DNA of 32,000 nucleotides from Ignicoccus islandicus DSM 13165 (GCF_001481685.1 NZ_CP006867.1:1320001-1352000), one strand, 5' to 3'; positions 9,140 through 18,853 are shown, numbered from the stretch's first letter. Numbers and translations are program-made. Notes: a model not told the origin generated them from the sequence alone.

Positions 9140-11119
9140 TTGAAGAGAAGTGAACTGCTGAAGTACGTTGCCTTACTAACGCTTTTGATAGCATTAGCGT
9201 CAATCTCTGGTCAAGCATGGGACGATTACGTATTCATTGAATCTGCACGTCTACTTCTTCAAGGAAAGGATCCCTATGCATATTCTGATAGCATTAAGGC
9301 TTATGTAGTTGGTTTAGGGCCAATGTGGGTAACCTATCCTCCATTGCCGTTGCTCTTATGGGCGCTTTCGATTTCGCCGCTAGTCTTACTAAAAGTTCCA
9401 CTCTCATACTTATATTTACTCTTCATAAAACTTCCGTCAATCGTAAGTATACTATTTTCTATAACTATAGCAAAGAGGATGAACGCTAACTGGAAGATAT
9501 TGTTGTTAAACCCAATAGTAATAACCTCGATATTCATTCACGGTATGTTTGATTCCATCGTAGCCTTCTTCTTGTTACTTGCTCTCTACTTCCTTATAAG
9601 TGGAAAGGTTGAATACGGTGGGATTGCGTATGGATTAGCGCTATCCACGAAACAGCACGCTATTTTAGCACTCCTACCGATACTTTTCTATATTTATAGG
9701 AAATTTGAATCGCTTCGGATGATTTTAAGATTCGGACTAATGGCACTTGGAACTTTCGTCCTAATAATCTTACTTTACTCGTCTATATTCGGATTCAGTA
9801 ATTTAGAAGCTTTGTTCAGATCTATATTCCTCTTTCATTCACATAGACCCCCCAATTCGTTAGGTTTCGGTGGATTTGCTGTTCTGAACTTCTATTCTGA
9901 TGCTCTGTCTGGGTTCACTGGCAATACTGCAGTAGCACTAAGTATGGGCTCAGTTGTGGAGTTATACAAGGTAATTGATAAAGCGTCTCTACTATTCATT
10001 CCATCATATTTAATTCTATCTATCATTATTAGAGATCCCTTTGAGGGCGTACTTCTCGCGTATTTGGTTTATATACTATTAAGCTACGTTGGTGCTGTTC
10101 AACACTTAGTCGTTCCTGCTGTCCTTTATACCTTCGCATATCAATCTAGCCCGTTGTTAAGGAGGTATTCTAAGTTACTGATGTATGCATTTATTCTATA
10201 TTCGATCCAACATATATTGAGCTTCTGGGACTTGTTCCCAATGGTCGTAAACCCCTTATTCCTAAAGTCGTTCGGATTATGGTTGGCCAAGGTTTCCAGG
10301 ATCATAGATTACGTTTTCGAATATTGGGATGTGGTCCTTCGGATAATTGGTTCGATATCATTGTCCCTTGCTTTCATCTCACTAGTCTCATTCATTGTAA
10401 TGTACTTTAAGGATCATAGAAGGTATGCTTCGTACCTTGTAATTGGATCGTACATATTGGAATTAATAATACTCATTGCACTGGCTCCTAGCTTAACCCA
10501 TCATAATGAGATGAATGGAAATGAGATTGTGGAGGCGAAAGGTTGGTGTTTAATAGTACCTTGGGAGAACATGGAATATCCCGGGCAAATGTACGGAGAT
10601 TACATGTCGAAGTTCGCAGTTCCAATCTATGGCTACTATTCGTTTTCAAAACCTATCGCAGATAAACTAGTTCATGAGTTGAAGGGCAAATGTAACATCG
10701 GAATATTAGCTAGGTTAGATCTCTTTAGGGGGTATGAATACACGGATTTAATAAGCTCCTTGATCCAAAACAAAGTTAAGTACGCATGGGTATTGAGTCC
10801 AAATAATTACATTGACGGAGTTGGTAGCACTTCTCCAAACTCATTTAAACGCTTGTTGGAGGTGATAAGGGTAAATACACCCGTTAATGGATATTTCAAA
10901 CTAGGAGGTATCTTGGACATCTTAAACGAAACCTTAGGATTATTTAAGGACATTACATACTATGACGGTTATTATAAGTATAATGGAAAACCGCTATTGT
11001 TAATCTTAGGTAACCTATCTACTAGGGAACTAGAAATTATCGAAAAGTACGGTTTCGCCATTGACAGATTCAATGGCACTATTATAAATATTAGAGATAT
11101 GGAGCTATCCATATCCTAA
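9140..11119 (+). CDS. Polytopic membrane protein, GT-C-like glycosyltransferase (DUF2029/GT87-like)
   Basis: 659 aa with about 10 TM helices; N-terminal SGQAWDDYVFIESARLLLQGKDPYAY...TYPPLPLLLWALS typical of GT-C folds. Confidence 0.7.
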   Translation: MKRSELLKYVALLTLLIALASISGQAWDDYVFIESARLLLQGKDPYAYSDSIKAYVVGLGPMWVTYPPLPLLLWALSISPLVLLKVPLSYLYLLFIKLPSIVSILFSITIAKRMNANWKILLLNPIVITSIFIHGMFDSIVAFFLLLALYFLISGKVEYGGIAYGLALSTKQHAILALLPILFYIYRKFESLRMILRFGLMALGTFVLIILLYSSIFGFSNLEALFRSIFLFHSHRPPNSLGFGGFAVLNFYSDALSGFTGNTAVALSMGSVVELYKVIDKASLLFIPSYLILSIIIRDPFEGVLLAYLVYILLSYVGAVQHLVVPAVLYTFAYQSSPLLRRYSKLLMYAFILYSIQHILSFWDLFPMVVNPLFLKSFGLWLAKVSRIIDYVFEYWDVVLRIIGSISLSLAFISLVSFIVMYFKDHRRYASYLVIGSYILELIILIALAPSLTHHNEMNGNEIVEAKGWCLIVPWENMEYPGQMYGDYMSKFAVPIYGYYSFSKPIADKLVHELKGKCNIGILARLDLFRGYEYTDLISSLIQNKVKYAWVLSPNNYIDGVGSTSPNSFKRLLEVIRVNTPVNGYFKLGGILDILNETLGLFKDITYYDGYYKYNGKPLLLILGNLSTRELEIIEKYGFAIDRFNGTIINIRDMELSIS

Positions 11120-11858
11120 GCAACGAATTGAACTCTAGTTCGTATTCAACTTTCATTGGTTTATCCTTACCAAAGGAAATCTTCGCCATTTCCGCAGCTT
11201 GGTATGCTCGGGACGCGTCATTCAAATGAGAAATAGAGTATTTAGCGTGGGCATCTGTATCTATATTTAAGGAAAGTAGCGGATTACCAATAGTTAGTAT
11301 AGCATCATACGATTTGTTAACTTCACTTGCATGAACCTTGATTTCGTTTGTCTCCTCGACAGCACTCAAATAGACCTCATCACCAACTACTTTCGCGTCA
11401 GCAACTATATCTCTGAAATCCTTAGGTTTCATTGAAAAGCTCGCTTCTAATTCAACGTCCGGTTCTCTCAGTTCCTCGCCGATTGAGAGTTCACTTGCCA
11501 AAATTTTGAATTCCCTTTCAACACTTGTCTTCTTATTTATGTATCTTATAACGAAGTATGGTGAGCTTGAATCGTAGTTTAGCTCGACGATGTCTTCACG
11601 TGTTGCTCTTTTTATAGCATTAGCCACTTCGCTTGAAGGTATTTCTACTAGGGCTTCCCCACCTTCTACATAGTATTCCTCGAACGATGTAGAGGTTAAT
11701 TCGAATACTATCATTAGGTTGTTGTCACTACTCATTTGCCTTATAGCTAGACCGTTTTGATCTATCTTTATTGGTAATGTATCGAGAAGTTTAACTATTG
11801 GCTGCCATATTTTCTTGAATTTAGTACCACTTGGATATACAGCGCGCAGTGTTACCAT
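11091..11858 (-). CDS. pcn: DNA polymerase sliding clamp PCNA
   Basis: MVTLRAVYPSGTKFKKIWQPIVKLLDTLPIKIDQNGLAIRQMSSDNNLMIVFEL...; probable start is the internal Met at codon 13 of the 11091..11894 ORF. Confidence 0.9.
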   Translation of the reverse strand: MVTLRAVYPSGTKFKKIWQPIVKLLDTLPIKIDQNGLAIRQMSSDNNLMIVFELTSTSFEEYYVEGGEALVEIPSSEVANAIKRATREDIVELNYDSSSPYFVIRYINKKTSVEREFKILASELSIGEELREPDVELEASFSMKPKDFRDIVADAKVVGDEVYLSAVEETNEIKVHASEVNKSYDAILTIGNPLLSLNIDTDAHAKYSISHLNDASRAYQAAEMAKISFGKDKPMKVEYELEFNSLLRIWIAPYL

Positions 11859-11928
11859 ATTTCTAATTACACCGAATTCTAGTAGGTCTATCAAATTCTT
11901 ATTTTATTAGCCTCGGCCACGCGTTGGA

Positions 11929-12327
11929 ATGTGGGTAGATGTAATGGAAATTGAAGTGACCGTAGACATAGGAAAGTATAAATGGGTAAGGTTGCCTCGC
12001 GAAGACGCATTGAAGTTATTAGAAATAATTGAAACGAAACTTGGAGAGAGTCCTAGAGACTTACAAGAAGCAATGAGATACATTCGCCACTTCGATGAAT
12101 TCTATCAAGAGATGAAAAAGAGGTTTAAGGATTTCATTGCACCAACGCAATCCTTAAGTGACATGATTAAAGGAACTGTTGTTGTTGATAAGCTCTCACT
12201 AGAAAAGGAGGGAGGTAAAGATTACGTAACTATAGTATTCGACAGGAGGGTACCATTAGATGTGTTGAAGGAAGCACTGCAGGAAATGGGATACAGTGTT
12301 AGAGAGAAGGTGGAAAAAATATGGTAA
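11929..12327 (+). CDS. Hypothetical protein
   Basis: 132-aa ORF (possible alternative ATG at 11944), overlaps the next ORF by 7 nt, operon-like. Confidence 0.6.
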   Translation: MWVDVMEIEVTVDIGKYKWVRLPREDALKLLEIIETKLGESPRDLQEAMRYIRHFDEFYQEMKKRFKDFIAPTQSLSDMIKGTVVVDKLSLEKEGGKDYVTIVFDRRVPLDVLKEALQEMGYSVREKVEKIW

Positions 12328-12548
12328 GGGTATTGAGAGTAATGATTCACTCGTATGATAACGAGATCTTGGAAAAAGCTCTAGATTCTATTAGGAAAAC
12401 GTGTAATTGTGAACCTAAAATATCTAAATCAAAACTCATTCCAAATTACGCATTTGTAGAACTCCCATTAGTAATCTCACCCGATTCCGTTTCTAGGTTG
12501 TTAAAAGAATTAGGTATAGAGGATTTCAAGTTAGTTGTAATAGATTGA
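12321..12548 (+). CDS. Hypothetical small protein
   Basis: 75 aa, MVRVLRVMIHSYDNEILEKALDSIRKTC...; follows a GGTGGA site; converges with and overlaps the downstream ATPase ORF by 103 bp. Confidence 0.55.
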   Translation: MVRVLRVMIHSYDNEILEKALDSIRKTCNCEPKISKSKLIPNYAFVELPLVISPDSVSRLLKELGIEDFKLVVID

Positions 12549-13861
12549 ATTACTTCGTCTACGTCTAATCTAATCATCTTGATTCTTCCATTATGGAATT
12601 TCACAAGAGCTTCGCCTTTCCGCAGCAACGTAACGTAGCTACAGTAATCGCGTAGAGACGTACATATCCAATTATCTTTGTCTAACCTATTAAGTTTAAG
12701 TACAATCCAAGTGCCTATGTTACTCCATATCTCATAGCTTAGATCACTTGGGGACTGGGTTGCTACTATAAGACTTATTCCCTTACTCCTTCCTTCACGA
12801 GCTATTTCTTCCAAGAGGTTACTTTCTATAAGCCACGCTTCATCAACAACTATTACCTTCCTTAGATCTTTTGAAGGTTCCATATTTACTATTTCATCCA
12901 GAATATTCTCGATCACCCTGTTAATTTCTTCTTTTCTTAATGTAGAAGTCCCCTTAAATCTGTACACTTGCACCGGTATCTCCATTTCTCTTAATATATA
13001 CTCTAGGTCTCCTTTGGGATCTATTACTATCACGTTAACGTAGGAAAGGAGTAAATGTATTCTTATTATGAGTGAAGCTAAGATTGTTGTCTTGCCCATA
13101 CCAGTGCTTCCAATCACCCCTATGTGATGTCGTATACTGGTAGGTGGAATGAATTCTATGCGATTGGATTCAATGTCGATCCCTAAGTATATACCATCGC
13201 TTATTGTTGATTCAAGTGGTGGATTAGCTAAGGCTAGAGCAATGGAAGGTACTACTATTCCATTTTCCTTTACAACCTTCGGGTTAACCATCTTCTTGAG
13301 TTCTCTTGAATCGATGTCGCGTACTTGCGCTTTGAAAAGGCTACTCAACAAGTTTTTTAATGTATATTTCTCGGCTTCCAAGCGCTCTAAACCCCTTGAG
13401 TAGAGTAGGTAATTGATCTCTATTCTCGAAGGTAGTGTAGACGTGGAATAAAGCTTCAATAGTTTTTCTAAGTACCCTATTCTCAATTCTATTCTAATAT
13501 CAGTTGGATCGTTCATTTTTTGTACTTTTAAATGAGTTAATTCCCTCTCAATACTCTTTATAATAGATACCGGATCGATGCTTTTCTTTAGTAATCGTAT
13601 TTCCAAAGCTACGTCTAAATTCAATCTGTTTAAGAACTGAGTATACATTCTAATAATCTCGTCATACTCTTCAAGAAGTTTTACTGAATCTATATCTTCA
13701 ACTCTCAATCCCTTTACATATATAGGTCCCCTCTGAGTTCGTATACGAACAGTATTGGAATCAATTTCCTCAACAACCTTCTTTCTATTCTTAGGCTTGA
13801 TTCCACTTTTACATATAATGAATGGTGTAACAATGGCAACAAGTAGTTCTATTATTCCCAT
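12446..13861 (-). CDS. HerA/VirB4-superfamily (DUF87-type) ATPase, CedB-like candidate
   Basis: HHIGVIGSTGMGKTTILASLIIRI (Walker A), NVIVIDPKGDLEYIL, RKVIVVDEAWLIESNLLEEIAREGRSKGISLIVATQSPSDLS (Walker B/sensor); N-terminal hydrophobic segment. Confidence 0.88.
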   Translation of the reverse strand: MGIIELLVAIVTPFIICKSGIKPKNRKKVVEEIDSNTVRIRTQRGPIYVKGLRVEDIDSVKLLEEYDEIIRMYTQFLNRLNLDVALEIRLLKKSIDPVSIIKSIERELTHLKVQKMNDPTDIRIELRIGYLEKLLKLYSTSTLPSRIEINYLLYSRGLERLEAEKYTLKNLLSSLFKAQVRDIDSRELKKMVNPKVVKENGIVVPSIALALANPPLESTISDGIYLGIDIESNRIEFIPPTSIRHHIGVIGSTGMGKTTILASLIIRIHLLLSYVNVIVIDPKGDLEYILREMEIPVQVYRFKGTSTLRKEEINRVIENILDEIVNMEPSKDLRKVIVVDEAWLIESNLLEEIAREGRSKGISLIVATQSPSDLSYEIWSNIGTWIVLKLNRLDKDNWICTSLRDYCSYVTLLRKGEALVKFHNGRIKMIRLDVDEVIQSITTNLKSSIPNSFNNLETESGEITNGSSTNA

Positions 13862-13868
13862 TACGTTC

Positions 13869-15431
13869 TTACCACGTTCTTACAACGATCCTTTTAACAC
13901 CACCAGAGAGTAGCGTAGCTAAACTATAGATCGTTATCGATATAGTTGTTAAGTGTATGTATGGGATAGAAGCTAAAAAGAACGGCGCTAAAAGTATATC
14001 TGCAGTAGATAATTTCTGCTTAGAAACCCTACTCAGAAGTTGTAGACCCAGTTTGTTTGAGAGGTAACCTAGTTCGAAAAGGCTAGGTGGTGTAAAGCCT
14101 TTCTTTCTTCCATTTATTATAATATCGACCTCATTCCCTTTATCTACATCGAAAGTGACTTTCCAGACTTCTATGCCATTCCATAATTCATGTTCTAATT
14201 TACCATTCTTAACGTTGGATGAAAGATATATGCCGACAGTTTTTTCATCAAATATTCCCGAAAATGCTATTGAAACGCCTTGACAGTTCTCAAGAGGAAC
14301 GAACTTGAATCTCATTATTAAATAACCGTCTTGAGAGGTCTCAAACTTTGGTGGAGAAGTATAATAATATAAACTACAAGGTAAATAAATTGCTATTCCA
14401 GGATCGGGTACAATTAATCCCTTCACTTTTATTTTCGAGTTAGTGAGAATAGTGTTAGGGCTAACATAGATCTTCTTCCAATCTTCTTCAGATACATCTA
14501 TCTTAATACCAAGCAATTCCACTTTGATTTCAGAACGAGGCCAAGGAACACCACCTAGTGTATATGCGGTATCAAAGAAGCCTTTTGGATTCGTTGGATA
14601 TATTCCACATATTCCTTTTAAATCACAAAAATATACTAAAGCGTATGGAACGTGATTTCCCTGTTCATCCAAGAGAGTTCCTTGAAGGTAGAATACGTTA
14701 TAAGGTCCTCTCTCAAAGACCCCGGAGGCAATCATTTCAACGAAGTTAGCAATTGTTGGACTCATTGCTACAAATAATTTCATTATAGGTATAACGAGAG
14801 GCGTCATTACGTAAGTTACAACACCTAAAGAGAACATGAAAGCACCAGCAGATTTCGTAATTTTAAATGGAATACTCATGAGCAATATACCTATGGATAG
14901 GAATCCTGGAAGCAAGAGTTCCGATATTCTAGCTAAAATATAGAGAGCAGTCCAACTATAAACAGCTAACTTGAGGCTCGAAAGAAATATGTCTAGGAAT
15001 GGTCTCGTAAACAGATTATTGAAGACTTCGATACGCGAATACGCTACGTATAATGCCTCTAACACTTTCCCTAATGGAAACTTATTAAATACAGTTTTCA
15101 TTACCTTTGAAAGATAGTCTATAGTTATATAAGTAGATGCAATACCCTTATCTATCTCCAAGATTTCTTTGATATAACTTTCTCTATCCATTCCAATAAG
15201 AGCATAAGTTTTATCTAGAAACCATAATATTAGGAAGAAGGATGAAGTGAGTGTGAAAGTTGTGATAGAATCTGAAATGAGTATGGGGGCCCACCTTTTG
15301 AGACTTGGGAGGGGAAGTGGAATCGAATAGAGGAGGGTTCCTATAACGTACGTTAGAGCGGACAACGCGGCTGAAATTGCTAATATACCTAATATTAGGT
15401 CCATTAAACTCGAACCCTCCTTGTTCAACAA
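13869..15431 (-). CDS. Polytopic membrane protein with extracytoplasmic beta domain, CedA/VirB6-like candidate
   Basis: 520 aa, several TM helices, SIPFKITKSAGAFMFSLGVVTYVMTPLV segment, predicted ~220-aa Ig/carboxypeptidase-regulatory-like insert starting LQGTLLDEQGNHVPYALVYF, then a C-terminal TM; 7 bp from the ATPase gene. Confidence 0.65.
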   Translation of the reverse strand: MLNKEGSSLMDLILGILAISAALSALTYVIGTLLYSIPLPLPSLKRWAPILISDSITTFTLTSSFFLILWFLDKTYALIGMDRESYIKEILEIDKGIASTYITIDYLSKVMKTVFNKFPLGKVLEALYVAYSRIEVFNNLFTRPFLDIFLSSLKLAVYSWTALYILARISELLLPGFLSIGILLMSIPFKITKSAGAFMFSLGVVTYVMTPLVIPIMKLFVAMSPTIANFVEMIASGVFERGPYNVFYLQGTLLDEQGNHVPYALVYFCDLKGICGIYPTNPKGFFDTAYTLGGVPWPRSEIKVELLGIKIDVSEEDWKKIYVSPNTILTNSKIKVKGLIVPDPGIAIYLPCSLYYYTSPPKFETSQDGYLIMRFKFVPLENCQGVSIAFSGIFDEKTVGIYLSSNVKNGKLEHELWNGIEVWKVTFDVDKGNEVDIIINGRKKGFTPPSLFELGYLSNKLGLQLLSRVSKQKLSTADILLAPFFLASIPYIHLTTISITIYSLATLLSGGVKRIVVRTW

Positions 15432-15467
15432 ATATCAAGCTAAGGAGACCAGTGGGGTGATCGAAAG

Positions 15468-17438
15468 TTGGTAAGTACCAAAAAGAGATGGCGGATCAGA
15501 ACGAACATAGTATGGGACGTAGACAAGAACGTTCCTGTATTTAAAGATACATGTTGGGATTGTAATTACGTAGAACTTCCAATGACGGACCCCGGTGACG
15601 CTAGACCTTCTTTTGATAGTGATCGAGACCTCCTCGCTAAGACTCTAGAAGAAGAGTTTGGTGCTGGAAAGTACCTAAATGAAATAATCGGTAGCGGATC
15701 TTTTCTTGTAAATAAAGGGGCAGGATTAGACGATTTCAGAGAGATTTTTAGTCGCGGAACTATAGTTGGAAAGCTCTATTGGGATATTATCAAGAGAAGA
15801 TGGCGTTTCCGGCCTAGTTACTCAGCAGCGAAGATTATGGTTGAGAAGGGAGTAATACGAAAGGTAACGGTTCTCGACTATCCTAAAGAAGGTTCCAATA
15901 TAAGTGGTAATTGTGAAGTCGACGAACACGTAGCACTAGTACTCAATGGCGAACCAATTGGAATAGGGTATTGTCGTAGCAATGGAAGAATTAGAGTAGT
16001 AACTACTTTCCCCAAGGAATTGTATGGTCGGGAACCGTTCCCAGCGCCTGACATACCTACCAATATTCACGATTGGATTAAGGAGAATGAATTAAGAATA
16101 AGAATGATGACCTCTCAATCAGAAAAGTTCCTATATCAAATGATCGAAAAAGTAAAGAAACCAGTCACGGTGTCGTTCTCTGGAGGTAAAGATAGCTTAG
16201 TCTCTCTTCATCTCACGTTAAAGTTCGTGACTCCCACAGTAATATTTAATAATACTGGGATAGAGTTACCCGAAACTATAGAAACAGTACGCAAGGTCGC
16301 ATCGAAATATAATCTCGAAATAGTAGTCGCTGACGCTGGAGATGATTTTTGGCATGCTGTAAAAATGGTTGGTCCGCCTGCTAGGGATTTCAGATGGTGT
16401 TGTAAGGTAACCAAACTCGTTCCAATGGCTAAATTGGCAAAGGAAAAGTGGCCTGATGGTGCATTAAACGTAGTGGGTCAGAGAGCGTTTGAGAGTATTG
16501 AAAGGTCGAAATCACCTAGAGTATGGAGAAACAAGTGGTTCCCTCATATATTAAATATATCACCGATACATGAATGGACGCAATTGGACGTATGGTTCTA
16601 TATATATAAGAATAACTTGGTTGAGTTAGTAAATCCTCTCTATTTCAAAGGATTTGAAAGAATAGGGTGCTTCATGTGTCCTGCGAGTCCATTGGCGGAG
16701 TTCGAAACGACCAGAAGCGTACACCCAGAGTTGATGGAACGTTGGGAAAAAGAGTTAAAGATATGGAAAGACAGGCTAAACTTACCAGAAGAATGGATAA
16801 CCTATGGTTTATGGCGTTGGCTTTCGCCTTCTTCAAGGAAAAAGTCATTAATGAGAACAGTCGGTATCGAATATGATGTTTGGATAGAATATAAAGGTAG
16901 ACTTCATCCACCAATTATTGAGAAGAAGGTTGGCGATGGTTTTGTTCGCTTGAAATTTCTTTCGAATATTTCCCATTCTTTATCCGACCAGGAGAGCATT
17001 ATTGGTAAGAAAAGAGATGGTAAATTGAATGCAGAGGGTTACTCAGTTACATATAAAGAGAATGTAATTGAGATCGAAGGCGAAAATGCCATAGAGGGTG
17101 CAATAGAAGTCTCTGCATTGATATACAGATGGTTCAAATGTATGAGATGCAAGAGTTGTGAAGTATGGTGTCCAACTGGTTCGATCAAAGTGACTACGCG
17201 TCCAAAGGTTAACGCTGAAACGTGCATAAGTTGTAAGTTGTGCTTAATTGAGTGCCCCATGTACGACCCGTTCTCAGACAGAATAGTTTCCGCTGTTCTA
17301 CTAGATAGGTTCGACGGTTGGAGGAGGAGCACGAAACCCCTTAGAAAGGAAGTACTGAAAGAATTGAAAAAGACCTTTTCGAAGCCCGTTGGTGAGCCAC
17401 CCGTTACTGATGACGCTGCAGAATTAGGAGGTTTATAG
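15468..17438 (+). CDS. Phosphoadenosine phosphosulfate reductase-like (CysH-family) PP-loop protein with PUA-like region and C-terminal 4Fe-4S ferredoxin domain
   Basis: TVSFSGGKDSLVSLHLTLKF; ERIGCFMCPASPLAEF; C-terminal CMRCKSCEVWCPTGS...CISCKLCLIECP; N-terminal CWDCNY zinc-like motif; GGGGTGATC Shine-Dalgarno-like site upstream. Confidence 0.9.
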   Translation: MVSTKKRWRIRTNIVWDVDKNVPVFKDTCWDCNYVELPMTDPGDARPSFDSDRDLLAKTLEEEFGAGKYLNEIIGSGSFLVNKGAGLDDFREIFSRGTIVGKLYWDIIKRRWRFRPSYSAAKIMVEKGVIRKVTVLDYPKEGSNISGNCEVDEHVALVLNGEPIGIGYCRSNGRIRVVTTFPKELYGREPFPAPDIPTNIHDWIKENELRIRMMTSQSEKFLYQMIEKVKKPVTVSFSGGKDSLVSLHLTLKFVTPTVIFNNTGIELPETIETVRKVASKYNLEIVVADAGDDFWHAVKMVGPPARDFRWCCKVTKLVPMAKLAKEKWPDGALNVVGQRAFESIERSKSPRVWRNKWFPHILNISPIHEWTQLDVWFYIYKNNLVELVNPLYFKGFERIGCFMCPASPLAEFETTRSVHPELMERWEKELKIWKDRLNLPEEWITYGLWRWLSPSSRKKSLMRTVGIEYDVWIEYKGRLHPPIIEKKVGDGFVRLKFLSNISHSLSDQESIIGKKRDGKLNAEGYSVTYKENVIEIEGENAIEGAIEVSALIYRWFKCMRCKSCEVWCPTGSIKVTTRPKVNAETCISCKLCLIECPMYDPFSDRIVSAVLLDRFDGWRRSTKPLRKEVLKELKKTFSKPVGEPPVTDDAAELGGL

Positions 17439-17449
17439 ATTTTGTTTCA

Positions 17450-17809
17450 TTAAAGTAATTTTAAGTGAGACGTCAACTCGTTAACCATTTCCTCCGGTGC
17501 TGGACCTATAGCTATAGCTGTCAAGGTGTTAGGTGGTAACTGAGTAAGACCAGCATCTCTAATAAGAGAGCATGGTAGACCTTTCTTAAGAGCTTTACTA
17601 TACAATTCTAATAATTCGCTTTCAGAAGAAGCTTTTAAAACAACCTTCTTCTGGCCTTCCATTCTCCATTTATGAACCCATTCACGCCATATAGCACGTT
17701 CTAATGCGATAAAAACTGCTTCGCATGAAGCGTGTGCTACTTGAGCCGCTATTTTTCCTCTTCCCATTTTAAGATCCGTTCTCACTACAATAGATTGCTT
17801 GAATTTCAT
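17450..17809 (-). CDS. pth2: Peptidyl-tRNA hydrolase, Pth2 type
   Basis: KQSIVVRTDLKMGRGKIAAQVAHASCEAVF...LPCSLIRDAGLTQLPPNTLTAIAIGPAP. Confidence 0.93.
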   Translation of the reverse strand: MKFKQSIVVRTDLKMGRGKIAAQVAHASCEAVFIALERAIWREWVHKWRMEGQKKVVLKASSESELLELYSKALKKGLPCSLIRDAGLTQLPPNTLTAIAIGPAPEEMVNELTSHLKLL

Positions 17810-18779
17810 TCACGTCCACCTTTAATCCGCTCATTCTGATAGCATATATTACGTCCTTACACGTAGCTCTTAACCATCCAGCTACTTCAATTGCCGTTTT
17901 CAATGGATCTTCACCTTGCCTATATGCTTTTATCATCTCTTTCGCTATTCTCCACCTTTTCTCAGTACTACTCATAACTTCTATTATCGCTTTCTCTATG
18001 TTTCCTTGAAGCTCGAATCGAGCCCTTAACAACGCGTAAACTAATTTGTGAACTATTTGGGGAACTCCTATCGTACTTCCACGTAGAGTTATTTTCCTTC
18101 TCATGCATACTTTACAAGGAATCTTCGAGGTTAGACCTTTCCTAGGAATTTCCTTATCTACAATTCCACCGAAAATGAAGTATTTAGCTGACATCAGCTC
18201 CGTTATACTAAGTTCTCTTTCCGCGTTAGGATCAAGTAATATTACTCCATCTTCGTTCTCTATATCTTTTATAGATAGCAATTTAATGAAATTAGTTTTA
18301 ATATCAATGACCGAGTTTAGTGGCAAATCTATTAAGACGAAATGTTTGTCCCAAAGAAACGTTCTAACGGCATTGAGCGATTCCTTAACTTGCATCTTTA
18401 GTTTCCTCTGTTCGCGCGGCGTATGGAGGTCGAAAAACCCCATATATATGCCTACTCTCGGATACTCGGTAACTAATGGTTCAATATGGGTAACCTTAAT
18501 TTCACCATTTTCTTGATGAGTAGCATCGCTTGTTTCTGTACCTCCACGTAGAGCATACCAGACGCATTCTTCATCCACGCATCTCTTGAACCACCTTTTG
18601 CATTTGATTCCCTCTCCTAGTTTAATGGAAGAGCCTTTAAGTAGCATATGCACAGCAGTCTCTTGGAAGGGATCTCGAATAAATCGCTTATTCCTTACAT
18701 TATATTTACTGGCTAGAACATTTATACCTCTATCGGAAAGCACTTTAATGAGGGCTTCGCCGGGTCTGAGGTTTCCCAA
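17769..18779 (-). CDS. Trm10-like SPOUT tRNA m1A9/m1G9 methyltransferase
   Basis: YFIFGGIVDKEIPRKGLTSKI motif resembling the Trm10 GGxVD...KGxT signature; overlaps pth2. Confidence 0.7.
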   Translation of the reverse strand: MGNLRPGEALIKVLSDRGINVLASKYNVRNKRFIRDPFQETAVHMLLKGSSIKLGEGIKCKRWFKRCVDEECVWYALRGGTETSDATHQENGEIKVTHIEPLVTEYPRVGIYMGFFDLHTPREQRKLKMQVKESLNAVRTFLWDKHFVLIDLPLNSVIDIKTNFIKLLSIKDIENEDGVILLDPNAERELSITELMSAKYFIFGGIVDKEIPRKGLTSKIPCKVCMRRKITLRGSTIGVPQIVHKLVYALLRARFELQGNIEKAIIEVMSSTEKRWRIAKEMIKAYRQGEDPLKTAIEVAGWLRATCKDVIYAIRMSGLKVDVNEIQAIYCSENGS

Positions 18780-18798
18780 GGCTCGCGAACCTCAATTG

Positions 18799-18851
18799 GG
18801 GATGTGGAAAAGCGTAAAGGCCTGATAGGTGAAGAGGCTGAGCTACGCTGA
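18799..18851 (+). ncRNA. Candidate C/D-box sRNA
   Basis: GGGATGT (weak C) - 16 nt - CTGA (D') - tag - GTGAAGA (C') - ggctgagctacg (12 nt) - CTGA (D), confined to the 74-bp gap 18780-18853. Confidence 0.45.
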
Positions 18852-18853
18852 AC

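Noticed and set aside
15211-15438. Small same-strand ORF (75 aa) inside the 5' end of the CedA-like gene
   Set aside because: It is out of frame with a convincing long membrane-protein ORF and its residue composition is not protein-like; treated as spurious.
16667-17332. Several small ORFs on both strands overlapping the PAPS reductase gene
   Set aside because: They are out-of-frame or antisense shadows of the well-supported 656-aa CDS.
18815-18851. Minus-strand GTAGCTCAGCC considered as a tRNA fragment
   Set aside because: Flanking sequence does not form the rest of a D-arm or acceptor stem; complementarity to tRNA as a C/D guide explains it better.
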